Notes under the pieces: model-generated
Seen by the model: the letters and a program-made list of their open reading frames with translations, nothing else
The model's database searches: none
What the model was told of the DNA's origin: nothing
In this document: positions 46,774 to 54,588 of the stretch, piece after piece
Position numbering within the stretch: the stretch's first letter is position 1
Layout of the letters: each line of letters opens with the position of its first letter
From: Verrucomicrobiota bacterium
GTDB lineage: Bacteria; Verrucomicrobiota; Verrucomicrobiia; Limisphaerales; UBA9464
DNA: 64,000 nucleotides
Direction of reading: 5' to 3'
NCBI GenBank assembly: GCA_017309115.1
Contig: JAFLEF010000018.1
Coordinates: forward strand, 20,572 to 84,571
Translations under genes and position numbers: made by a program

Positions 46774-47769
46774 GTGGCATCACGTGTGTTCTGCATCGCT
46801 GACGATCGGCCGTCAGCGGAGACCGGCCTGCGGGTCCTGCTGGTCTCGCTGGCTCAGCACGAAAAAACTACGCCCACAGTTCTCTATCGACCCGGCAGTT
46901 CTCCGGAATTCGCCGAGTGGTGCCGCCAATGGAGTTGGTTGGAAATCGTTCCGGAACGACCGGCCGGGGGATTCGAATGGAACTGCAAACCACAGGCCCT
47001 GCGCCCCCTGCTCGCTCGCGGTTTCGATGAGGCGGTCTGGCTGGACTCGGATCTGATGCTCCAAACGCCTCTGGCTCGGGTGCTCGATGGACTCCCCACT
47101 GAAACCCTTGCAGTGACTCAGGATTCCCGGGCGACGAACAAAGGCGAGTTTACTCTGGAAGCCCGAACCCGCGCCTGGAACTGGCCTCTGCACCGGGCCC
47201 CGATGGATCCTATCAACACCTGCTTAATCCGGGTCACCGCGGCGCATCGGCCGCTCCTGACCCGTTGGGAAGAGGCCATGAATGAGCCACGCTATGTGGA
47301 CTGGGCCCGCCAGCCGGTCGGCAAACGCCCGCCCTACTTCACCAGTGATCAGGACGTCCTGATGGCGCTCCTGGGCGGCCCCGAATTTGGTTCGCTGCCC
47401 CTGCGGGTTTTGCCGACGGGATCGGCGGTGCTGCACTGTGCCGGGCTGCGCTCGTTTACCTGGAGCGAGCGATGGCGGGCGACCACCCAGGGCCCAGCGC
47501 CGTTGGTTCATGCCACTACCGATAAGCCCTGGATTGTCTTGTCGCCTCGCTTTGGCCGCGGCCGGCGAGAGCGGTTAACCCAGCTGGCCCACGAATTGTC
47601 ACCGTACGTCGTGGCCGCCCGAACCCTGCGAACGCGTTTGGGACAGCCAGCGCCATGGCTGGAGTTTCGCACTCCGTTGGGTCGACTCCTCGGGCTGTTG
47701 GGGTGGGCGAGTCCAGGCTTGGCTGGCGGTCCACTCACATTGGCGGCGTCCCTCACTTCCCGCCGGTAA
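46774..47769 (+). CDS. Putative glycosyltransferase-like (GT8-like nucleotide-diphospho-sugar transferase fold) protein
   Basis: VFCIADDRPSAETGLRVLLVSL opening strand and a VWLDSDLML (DxD-like) motif. The track ORF (from 46468) would overlap the SWIM gene, so I place the start at in-frame GTG 46774. The start is uncertain and the family call is tentative. Confidence 0.4.
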   Translation: MASRVFCIADDRPSAETGLRVLLVSLAQHEKTTPTVLYRPGSSPEFAEWCRQWSWLEIVPERPAGGFEWNCKPQALRPLLARGFDEAVWLDSDLMLQTPLARVLDGLPTETLAVTQDSRATNKGEFTLEARTRAWNWPLHRAPMDPINTCLIRVTAAHRPLLTRWEEAMNEPRYVDWARQPVGKRPPYFTSDQDVLMALLGGPEFGSLPLRVLPTGSAVLHCAGLRSFTWSERWRATTQGPAPLVHATTDKPWIVLSPRFGRGRRERLTQLAHELSPYVVAARTLRTRLGQPAPWLEFRTPLGRLLGLLGWASPGLAGGPLTLAASLTSRR

Positions 47770-48547
47770 CGTCCCGGGCCGCCGCCGGTCGATCGTTCAA
47801 GCTCCAGTCGTATTCCGTAAAGCGAACCCTCGGCTTCACGGCGGCGGCCAACTCCGGTCGGGACTCCGCCGGCCAATCGCTCAGAACGAATTCGGCCAGG
47901 GAGGGTTTGGCCGCGAGAAAGTCCGACTCGTACCAACGGAATATGGGCGAGAGCCACAAGGTGTTTTCCCGGGCGTCGAATCGGTTCTTGTCCGTCATGC
48001 CCAGGAACTGCCGTCGCTGATCGGCCAATTGTTCGGATAAGCGCGAGCCCAAATAAGGCTCAGATCGCAACGGCGGACACCCTCGGGCGGCGCACACCAG
48101 CGCGAAATGGATGTCTGGTTCGCGATAGTTCGGCCGAATCACTTGGTTCTCCAGGAAATCCAACGTCGCTATCTGTCCGCCGAAGCGAACCACCAACTGC
48201 CTCCACGCCGCCCCTGGCAGCACGCCGATGCTGCGGATGCTCTTGAGCGGATACCGATCGCGAATCAGACGCAGGGTCTCGGCGTTGTAGAGATTCAGCA
48301 GGAGGGCGAGCTGATCCGGGCGGGACCACTGATCGAACTCGCTCCGCGGCACCGTCGCAATTTCCTCCAGATAGGCATCGAGTTCCCCTGGGCTCGCCTT
48401 AAGGGCGGCGTAGTCGACTCTACCCGCGTTGACAGTCGCCTGGAGCACCCGCGCGTAGCGGGAATGGGATTGATCGAATCCGCCCGCAAGGGAAACCCAG
48501 CCTCCCGGCATCCAGGCCATCAGAAAGGCGAACAGGAATCGTTTCAT
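47753..48547 (-). CDS. DUF547 domain-containing protein
   Basis: Signal peptide MKRFLFAFLMAWMPGG (start CAT 48545-48547). VDYAALKASP...LLLNLYNAETLRLI...IHFALVCAARGCPPL is the DUF547 core. Confidence 0.75.
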   Translation of the reverse strand: MKRFLFAFLMAWMPGGWVSLAGGFDQSHSRYARVLQATVNAGRVDYAALKASPGELDAYLEEIATVPRSEFDQWSRPDQLALLLNLYNAETLRLIRDRYPLKSIRSIGVLPGAAWRQLVVRFGGQIATLDFLENQVIRPNYREPDIHFALVCAARGCPPLRSEPYLGSRLSEQLADQRRQFLGMTDKNRFDARENTLWLSPIFRWYESDFLAAKPSLAEFVLSDWPAESRPELAAAVKPRVRFTEYDWSLNDRPAAARDVTGGK

Positions 48548-48588
48548 GAATTTGGCCGGGTGGAAGGGCCCAAAATTTCCGACCGGGT

Positions 48589-49389
48589 TCAGTCGGCTCG
48601 GAGGATGCGGATGAATGCCGACGAGGCAGTACTGGGTGCGGGCAAACGATAGGGAAAGGTGGCGTCGGCCGGGATCGTGCCCTCCGATGGTCGCCAAACC
48701 TCCAGGTCGGTACTCCATTCCAGACGGCGTTTCACGCGAGGCCCGCCTTCCAGGTCGAACGCCCAGCCCCCATCCGGTTCGATGGCGAAACTCCGCAGAC
48801 GCCCGGGGCCGGCCTTCACCGAATCAATGGCCGCGCGGAACTGATCGATGGGACGGGTCTGCAGGGAGTCCTGGTAACTGAACCGGGCATAAACCAATTC
48901 CCAAGGCCGATGGCTGGCGGAGTTGGTCAGACCGTTGATGATCACGAACGTGGGCTGACCACTTGTCGGACCGAAGCGACCTTGGAGTCGGCGCGAGGTG
49001 TCCTGAATCGTCAACGGCACGCGATAGGTTTGGATGAACGTGGTGGTGGCATTCCGATTGGCCGGGGTGCTGTCGGCCTGGAGATTGGCCCCGATGTGCA
49101 GCACGGGAATGCCGTCGGGATTGCCCTTCCGGGTGTCGTAGTAGTCGTCGATCTCCGTGAGGATTTGCGGAGCCGCCCCTCGGCAGACCGGGCACCAGTG
49201 GGCGAAGAAGTCGATGAACAGAATCTTGCCCTCCAATTGCGTCAGCGGAACGGGTTGGCCGGTGGCGCGGTCGACCAAGTTGGTCACTTCGGTCACCACA
49301 TCCCCAACTTGGTAGGTCGCGGCGGGCAAGGCCCCCAGTCCAGCCCACAGACCGACGATCAGAACAACAAGCCGACGGATTATTTTCAT
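48589..49389 (-). CDS. TlpA-like thioredoxin-fold protein with C-terminal FxRxL-type beta-sandwich tail
   Basis: Signal peptide and the redox motif FFAHWCPVCRG (CxxC). The C-terminal ~75 aa are RLEWSTDLEVWRPS...SSAFIRILRAD. Confidence 0.7.
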   Translation of the reverse strand: MKIIRRLVVLIVGLWAGLGALPAATYQVGDVVTEVTNLVDRATGQPVPLTQLEGKILFIDFFAHWCPVCRGAAPQILTEIDDYYDTRKGNPDGIPVLHIGANLQADSTPANRNATTTFIQTYRVPLTIQDTSRRLQGRFGPTSGQPTFVIINGLTNSASHRPWELVYARFSYQDSLQTRPIDQFRAAIDSVKAGPGRLRSFAIEPDGGWAFDLEGGPRVKRRLEWSTDLEVWRPSEGTIPADATFPYRLPAPSTASSAFIRILRAD

Positions 49390-49401
49390 AAGAATGGCAG
49401 T

Positions 49402-50511
49402 TTAGAATTCGAACCGATACGCCGCCTGAATCACGCCGTAGGTCCGGTCGCGGTACAGGTTGGCGAAGAAAAGCGTGCTGAAATCCACCGGCCCGTAGTT
49501 CACGAAATAGGGGCCGCCCGAGAGCTTGAAGGAATGCGAACCGAACACCGCGCGAACTCCGACGGATCCCTGCCAGGCGGTAACGGGAGGTGCGGCGGTC
49601 GAAAACGAAATGCTGTCCTGAATCTCCCCGTTGTCGGTGTAGCCGCGACCGGAAAGGCTCAGCCACCAGTGTTCCGTCAGCCGGCGGTTTAGCGCCAACG
49701 ATCCCCAGCCGCCCCGGAAGCGGTTGATCCCGACCTCTTCGGGGGCCTCCGTGGTGTAGCCGGCTTCGCCGCGCAGCACCCAGTTTTCCGCCACGGCATA
49801 GTTCAAAGCCGCCAAGCCCGACAACCGCAAGCCGGCCTCCGTTTGGGAGGCGAGTCGGAACTCCAGCTGACTCCGCAACCGCGGCGTCAGGACATTTTCG
49901 AACTTCACCGTCCAGCCCACCGTATTGAGCTGCGAGCGCAGGGGCGTCACGGCCACCAAGCCCAGATCCGGATCAATCACTTCATCGTAACCCGGGGCGA
50001 TCACATCGTGCGCACGGGTCACGGTGCTCTCCACGAATCCGGTGGCCGCCTGATACTCCCAACGAAATCCCAGACTCCCATTTACGCCGCCGGGCTCGGG
50101 TTCCTCCAGTCCCGGCAAGCCCGCGAAGGACTGCTGGTAGAACTGATTGATCCAGATGCTTTGGTAGTCGGCATATCCGCCGTAAGCGTTGACGCTCGCC
50201 AGGGCGGTGAGCCGCGGCGTCACCGTGTAGCGGGCTAGTACCGAACCCGCTACCCGTCCCTCCAACAAAGAGGTGGAATACCCAAAAATGTCCTCCGTCA
50301 CCGGCTGGTAGTCGATTCCGGAGGTGGCGCCGAGGGCAGTGACGCTCCATTGCCAGGGACCGGCATTGTCGGTCCACGTCACGGCGCTTTGAGTGAGACG
50401 AATGTCGGAAGCCACTTGGGCTTCGGACGCGAACTCCACGGAGGACGGTTCTGCCGCCCATGCGGCAAACGCGCCCACGCTGCCCAGCCAGCTGAGGAGT
50501 TTCTGATTCAT
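49402..50511 (-). CDS. Outer-membrane beta-barrel protein (DUF3570-like)
   Basis: Signal peptide, alternating beta-strand pattern, and a C-terminal aromatic terminus ...AAYRFEF. Sits between a DUF4266-like lipoprotein gene and a TlpA-like gene, which is the usual DUF3570 context. Confidence 0.55.
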   Translation of the reverse strand: MNQKLLSWLGSVGAFAAWAAEPSSVEFASEAQVASDIRLTQSAVTWTDNAGPWQWSVTALGATSGIDYQPVTEDIFGYSTSLLEGRVAGSVLARYTVTPRLTALASVNAYGGYADYQSIWINQFYQQSFAGLPGLEEPEPGGVNGSLGFRWEYQAATGFVESTVTRAHDVIAPGYDEVIDPDLGLVAVTPLRSQLNTVGWTVKFENVLTPRLRSQLEFRLASQTEAGLRLSGLAALNYAVAENWVLRGEAGYTTEAPEEVGINRFRGGWGSLALNRRLTEHWWLSLSGRGYTDNGEIQDSISFSTAAPPVTAWQGSVGVRAVFGSHSFKLSGGPYFVNYGPVDFSTLFFANLYRDRTYGVIQAAYRFEF

Positions 50512-50738
50512 CGGCAGCTGGTGCAGCCCGCGGCCGAGCCGCCGCCGGCAAAGGCGCGGCCCGACTCGGTCTGCAAAGAAAGCGGTTGATCAAAGTTCCA
50601 GACACTCGCGCTGGAGAAGGTCATGTCCGGCTGACTGACCAGACGTTGCTGATGAATCCGCGGAGCGGAGCAGCCAGTGAACAAGGCTGCCATTAGCAGC
50701 CCACCTAGAATCGTTGCCGTCGTTGTCACCGGTTTCAT
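50508..50738 (-). CDS. DUF4266-like small lipoprotein
   Basis: Lipobox LFTGC|S and C-terminal GGGSAAGCTSCR (Gly-rich tail with CxxC), as in the DUF4266 family. 4-nt overlap with the barrel gene. Start taken at MKPVTTT. Confidence 0.6.
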   Translation of the reverse strand: MKPVTTTATILGGLLMAALFTGCSAPRIHQQRLVSQPDMTFSSASVWNFDQPLSLQTESGRAFAGGGSAAGCTSCR

Positions 50739-50882
50739 TCCACGCATAAGAAGCTCCAGTCGGTCTCCTATTCCCGGGAATCCTTACAGTCGCCACGGGT
50801 CGCTCCGGCCGGCGAGTCCCCAAGGTCGAAAAAACATCACGCGGAGTGTAAGGAGTCGCTGCCCGGCCCCGACAGAGCCATC

Positions 50883-51338
50883 ATGAAACGATGGCTTGCG
50901 CTGGTAGTGTTCTTAGTTGGGTTGGTGGGACCGGTTTCGGCGGCGGATAAAATCCTTCAGAATCTCAACCAGGAGGGAGTTGCCCTTCAGGGATACGATC
51001 CGGTGGCCTTCTTTACCGTGGGAGGTCCGGTGAAGGGCCAGGCCCAATTCAGCAGTGACTATCGTGGCGCCAAGTACTGGTTTCATTCCGCAAAGAACAA
51101 GGCGACGTTCGACGCGAACCCGGCCAAGTACGAACCCCAGTTCGGCGGATACTGTGCCTACGGCGTAGGCCGAAAGGCGCTGGTGGACATCAAAATTGAC
51201 GCCTGGCAGATCGTGGACGGACGGTTGCTGATGCAGAAGAACCAGAGTATTCGCGACGACTTCAACGAGGATCCTGCGGGAAATCTCAAAAAAGCAGATG
51301 GCAATTGGCCGGCTTTGGTCGAGAAGAAGGGGAAATGA
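50883..51338 (+). CDS. YHS domain-containing protein
   Basis: Signal peptide. VALQGYDPVAFF...YRGAKYWFHSAKNKATFDANPAKYEPQFGGYCAYGV is the YHS-type motif. Confidence 0.7.
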   Translation: MKRWLALVVFLVGLVGPVSAADKILQNLNQEGVALQGYDPVAFFTVGGPVKGQAQFSSDYRGAKYWFHSAKNKATFDANPAKYEPQFGGYCAYGVGRKALVDIKIDAWQIVDGRLLMQKNQSIRDDFNEDPAGNLKKADGNWPALVEKKGK

Positions 51339-51357
51339 GGCTGCGGAACAACGTCGC

Positions 51358-51762
51358 ATGAAGCTGGTGGTGGAGTGGTTTTGGCTGGGGTTAGGCGGGT
51401 ATCTGCTGCTCGGGCTGGGCTTTGCCGGGGTGTTTCAGTGGCGGGGGCTGCACCGTCTGGATCCCGCCACCCACGGCGCCGGTTGGGGGTTCCGTCTGCT
51501 GATCACTCCAGGAATCGCCGCGCTTTGGCCGCTGTTGGCGTGGCGCTGGACGGAGCACAACCGCGGACGGGTGGTCCTGGGCGGGGGGGAATCGCCGGTT
51601 AGTCCTCGTCGGTTGCGTGCGCTGCATCGGCTCCTCTGGCAGGGAATGCTCGTGGTGATTCCCTTGTTGCTCGCAGCTGCCTGGCTCTGGCGGGCCTCGC
51701 CAATTCCTCCCACGCCGCTCCCGATCGAAGGATCTCGGGGCCCCTTGATTCTGAAGCCGTAA
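51358..51762 (+). CDS. Hypothetical membrane protein (134 aa)
   Basis: Start at ATG 51358 (MKLVVEWFWLGLGGYLLLGLGFAGVF). Three hydrophobic helices. Confidence 0.5.
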   Translation: MKLVVEWFWLGLGGYLLLGLGFAGVFQWRGLHRLDPATHGAGWGFRLLITPGIAALWPLLAWRWTEHNRGRVVLGGGESPVSPRRLRALHRLLWQGMLVVIPLLLAAAWLWRASPIPPTPLPIEGSRGPLILKP

Positions 51763-51769
51763 TTGCCCG

Positions 51770-52852
51770 ATGTCCCTGGCCTATCGCGCCGTTGATTGGA
51801 ACCGACAGAAACGTCGGTACGACCTGACCTTGCTGGGTTTCCTGCTGCTTTCTCTGGGAACCTACATTGGCGTCACGCTGTGGGTGTCCCCCCTGGTCAC
51901 TGCGGAGACGTTGATCATTCGCGGGACGTCATTGACCGCGATCCTGCTGTTGCACGTGATCTTGAGCATTGGACCGCTGGCCCGGCTGGACCCGCGCTTC
52001 CTCCCGCTGCTGTACAATCGGCGGCATCTAGGGGTGACGCTGTTCGTGCTGGCCCTGATTCACGGCGTGTTTTCGCTGATTCAGTTTCAGGCCCTGGGGG
52101 ACGAGAATCCGCTGGTTGGGGTCTTTACGGGATACCGCGATGACTACCGCCTTTGGAGTCAGGGGCGGGTCACGTTGTCCCAGTTTCCCTTTGAGCCGTT
52201 TGGAGTTTTTGCCTTGGGAGTCTTCTTCCTACTGGCGGCGACCAGTCATGACTTCTGGCTGCGACAACTCGGACCGTCACTGTGGAAGACGCTCCATCTT
52301 GGGGTCTATGTGGCCTACGGATTGGTCTTGGCCCATGTCGCGTTGGGAGTGCTGCAGTCAGAACGTTCGGGAATCTATCCTTTGGCTCTGGCGTTTGGAT
52401 TCGTGGTGGTGGCCTCCCTGCATGTGTTGGCTGCCCGAAAGGAGGTCAAGCCGGATAACACCGCCGGGGAGTTTCCGACAGAAGGATGGACGGAGGCGTG
52501 TGCGGTGAACGAGGTGAGCGAGGGTCGGGGTCGGGTGGTGACCGTGAACGGTCAGCGGATCGCCTTGTTCCGCCATCTGGACCGAATCTTCGCGACGTCC
52601 AATGTCTGCCGACACCAGGGAGGACCGCTTGGTGAAGGTCGTATCGTGGAAGGCTGCATCACGTGTCCCTGGCACGGTTGGAATTATCAGCCCGAGGATG
52701 GCTGCAGTCCGCCTCCCTTTCAGGAGGTCGTGGAAACCTACGAAACCCGGGTGACTGCCGGACGCGTCTGGATTCGCTCCCAGGCCAATCCGTTGGGCAC
52801 CCGTTGCGAAGGTGCCCGGGCGGATGCCGCCATTCCGGATCTGAAGTCATGA
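51770..52852 (+). CDS. Ferric-reductase-like transmembrane domain fused to a Rieske [2Fe-2S] domain
   Basis: Six TM helices with conserved His residues in the N-terminal 200 aa. The C-terminal CRHQGGPLGEGRIVEGCITCPWHGWNY matches the Rieske CxH...CxxH motif. Confidence 0.75.
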   Translation: MSLAYRAVDWNRQKRRYDLTLLGFLLLSLGTYIGVTLWVSPLVTAETLIIRGTSLTAILLLHVILSIGPLARLDPRFLPLLYNRRHLGVTLFVLALIHGVFSLIQFQALGDENPLVGVFTGYRDDYRLWSQGRVTLSQFPFEPFGVFALGVFFLLAATSHDFWLRQLGPSLWKTLHLGVYVAYGLVLAHVALGVLQSERSGIYPLALAFGFVVVASLHVLAARKEVKPDNTAGEFPTEGWTEACAVNEVSEGRGRVVTVNGQRIALFRHLDRIFATSNVCRHQGGPLGEGRIVEGCITCPWHGWNYQPEDGCSPPPFQEVVETYETRVTAGRVWIRSQANPLGTRCEGARADAAIPDLKS

Positions 52853-53583
52853 AGGACGAATTCTACATCGGCTATCTCGATCGCTCGCCTCCCGGCCTTA
52901 GCCGGCGTCTGCGGATTTTCCTGGGCTGCGGCGCGCTGATTCTGGTGATGGGGGTGGGCCTGCTGGCGTCCCGGCAGTCTCCGGCTGAGCCTGGGCGCTT
53001 TGATTTCGGACAGACCCCGGAGTGGGAGGGAATTCTGTTTGAGACGCCGCTGCCTCGGTTGCAGGTCTCATCCGACGGGAGTAACCGGCAGTTTCTGTTG
53101 GTGGGTGCGGGGAAGTTCGGGTTGCCCGCCTTCGCCCAGGGTCACGATGGGCAAAGGGTGCGTTTCCGGGGAACTCTCATTGAGCAGGGACCCGCGCGGA
53201 TGCTGGAGTTGAATGACCCCGGCTCGTTCGCGGTGGTGGACGAGTCTCGGACAAGTCCCAGTGCGGAGGCGTTGTTGGGAACGGCGTCCCTGACCGGTGA
53301 ACTCGTGGATACCAAGTGTTACTTCGGGGTGATGCGACCGGCGACCGGAAAAGTTCATCGAGGTTGTGCCGTAAGGTGTTTGAGCGGAGGAGTTCCTCCA
53401 GGATTGCTGGTGCGGGACGCCTCCGGCAATGGGGTGGTGATTTTGCTCGTGGGCCCAGATGGCGGTCCGCTCCAGTTCAACGTTCAGTGGGCCGCCCGTC
53501 TCCTTCGCGCCGAGGGAAACCTGGAACTGCGCGATAACCTGCCCATCCTCAAGGTTAGCCGGTTGACTCTGATTCCCGAATGA
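52849..53583 (+). CDS. Hypothetical membrane-anchored protein (244 aa)
   Basis: ATGA overlap with the preceding gene (52849-52852). MKDEFYIGYLDRSPPGLSRRLRIFLGCGALILVMGVGLLA contains one TM helix. Cys-containing C-terminal domain (TKCYFGV...HRGCAVRCLSGG). Confidence 0.55.
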   Translation: MKDEFYIGYLDRSPPGLSRRLRIFLGCGALILVMGVGLLASRQSPAEPGRFDFGQTPEWEGILFETPLPRLQVSSDGSNRQFLLVGAGKFGLPAFAQGHDGQRVRFRGTLIEQGPARMLELNDPGSFAVVDESRTSPSAEALLGTASLTGELVDTKCYFGVMRPATGKVHRGCAVRCLSGGVPPGLLVRDASGNGVVILLVGPDGGPLQFNVQWAARLLRAEGNLELRDNLPILKVSRLTLIPE

Positions 53584-53601
53584 ACGCAAAGCGCTGCGCC
53601 G

Positions 53602-54396
53602 TTACCGCTGCGGCGCGACGGGATCCATGCTTCGGCGGACGTCCCGAAGCAATTCGTCGGTCGCATCCACCCGAATCAGGCCAATGCGCGGAAACTCCAG
53701 GTCCAAGATCAAGTAAGTGGTTCCCGCCATGATAAAGGCGAAACCGAGGGTATGTACCCAGCTGCGGGACTTTGCGGCGGCCATGCCATATCCGGCCAAC
53801 AGAGCACCGGACAGAACCAGAACTCCCAGTAGAGCGAACACCACCGTGGGAGGATGAGTCTGGGCGGCGACGTAGCGCGTGGTGGTGATGTCGAACATCT
53901 GGTTCAGGGCTGGCAGCACCAGAGTCAGGACCGGAGCCGACCCTGATTCCTGCCCGGCCGCGACGGCTAGCTTCCAGATTTCCGCCTGCAACGCATCGGC
54001 CCGGTCCAGTTCCACCTCTGCGGCCCGCAGGTCGGGAATCCGTTCGTAGGCGGCCAAACGGGCATCCAGGTACTGGCGAAACTTCTCCCGCAGCGCGGGT
54101 TGCGAGGAGGTGGGCAGGAGATCGATTCGTAACCAGGCAGTGCCAATGTCATTGGCCTCGGCGCTGACCAGCTCTTTGCGGGCATCGAAGCGAGTGGCCG
54201 CTCCCGAGAAGGTAAAGGCGATCAACAATCCGAGGAGTCCGAATACCGAACCTTCTACGGCGCCCAGTCCCGCCCGGGAGCCCTCGGAATCCTGCTTCAA
54301 GCGCCGGCGTCCGATGCGGCGGCCCACCTCCATCAACACCAACATGCCGAAGAACAAGATCGAGGAGAACAAGGCAGCATAGGCGGTGGCGGACAT
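53602..54396 (-). CDS. DUF4239 (bestrophin-like) membrane protein
   Basis: LLGLLIAFTFSGAATRFDARKELVSAEANDIGTAWLRIDLLP matches the family core as I recall it. Two N-terminal and two C-terminal TM helices. Confidence 0.55.
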   Translation of the reverse strand: MSATAYAALFSSILFFGMLVLMEVGRRIGRRRLKQDSEGSRAGLGAVEGSVFGLLGLLIAFTFSGAATRFDARKELVSAEANDIGTAWLRIDLLPTSSQPALREKFRQYLDARLAAYERIPDLRAAEVELDRADALQAEIWKLAVAAGQESGSAPVLTLVLPALNQMFDITTTRYVAAQTHPPTVVFALLGVLVLSGALLAGYGMAAAKSRSWVHTLGFAFIMAGTTYLILDLEFPRIGLIRVDATDELLRDVRRSMDPVAPQR

Positions 54397-54588
54397 GGTG
54401 CGGAGAGTCGCGTAAGCGAACCGCGGCAGAGTGCGAGGGGACCGCGGTCAACGACAAGTCCGGCGATGATCGACCGGATTCGTCCGATCGAACAACCCAG
54501 GGTGGCAATTGTGCAAATGAGGGCTGCTGTCTGCTGTTGGAGAACGGCGCGGGACCTGCTAATGGTGATCCATATTCGCACTCGCCGC

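Noticed and set aside
46524-46796. N-terminal 91-codon extension of the SWIM-like ORF, and the first ~100 codons of the opposing 46468-47769 ORF
   Set aside because: The two extensions overlap each other on opposite strands and are both Arg/Ser/Pro-rich. The recognisable protein sequence starts only at M92 (46523) and near 46774 respectively.
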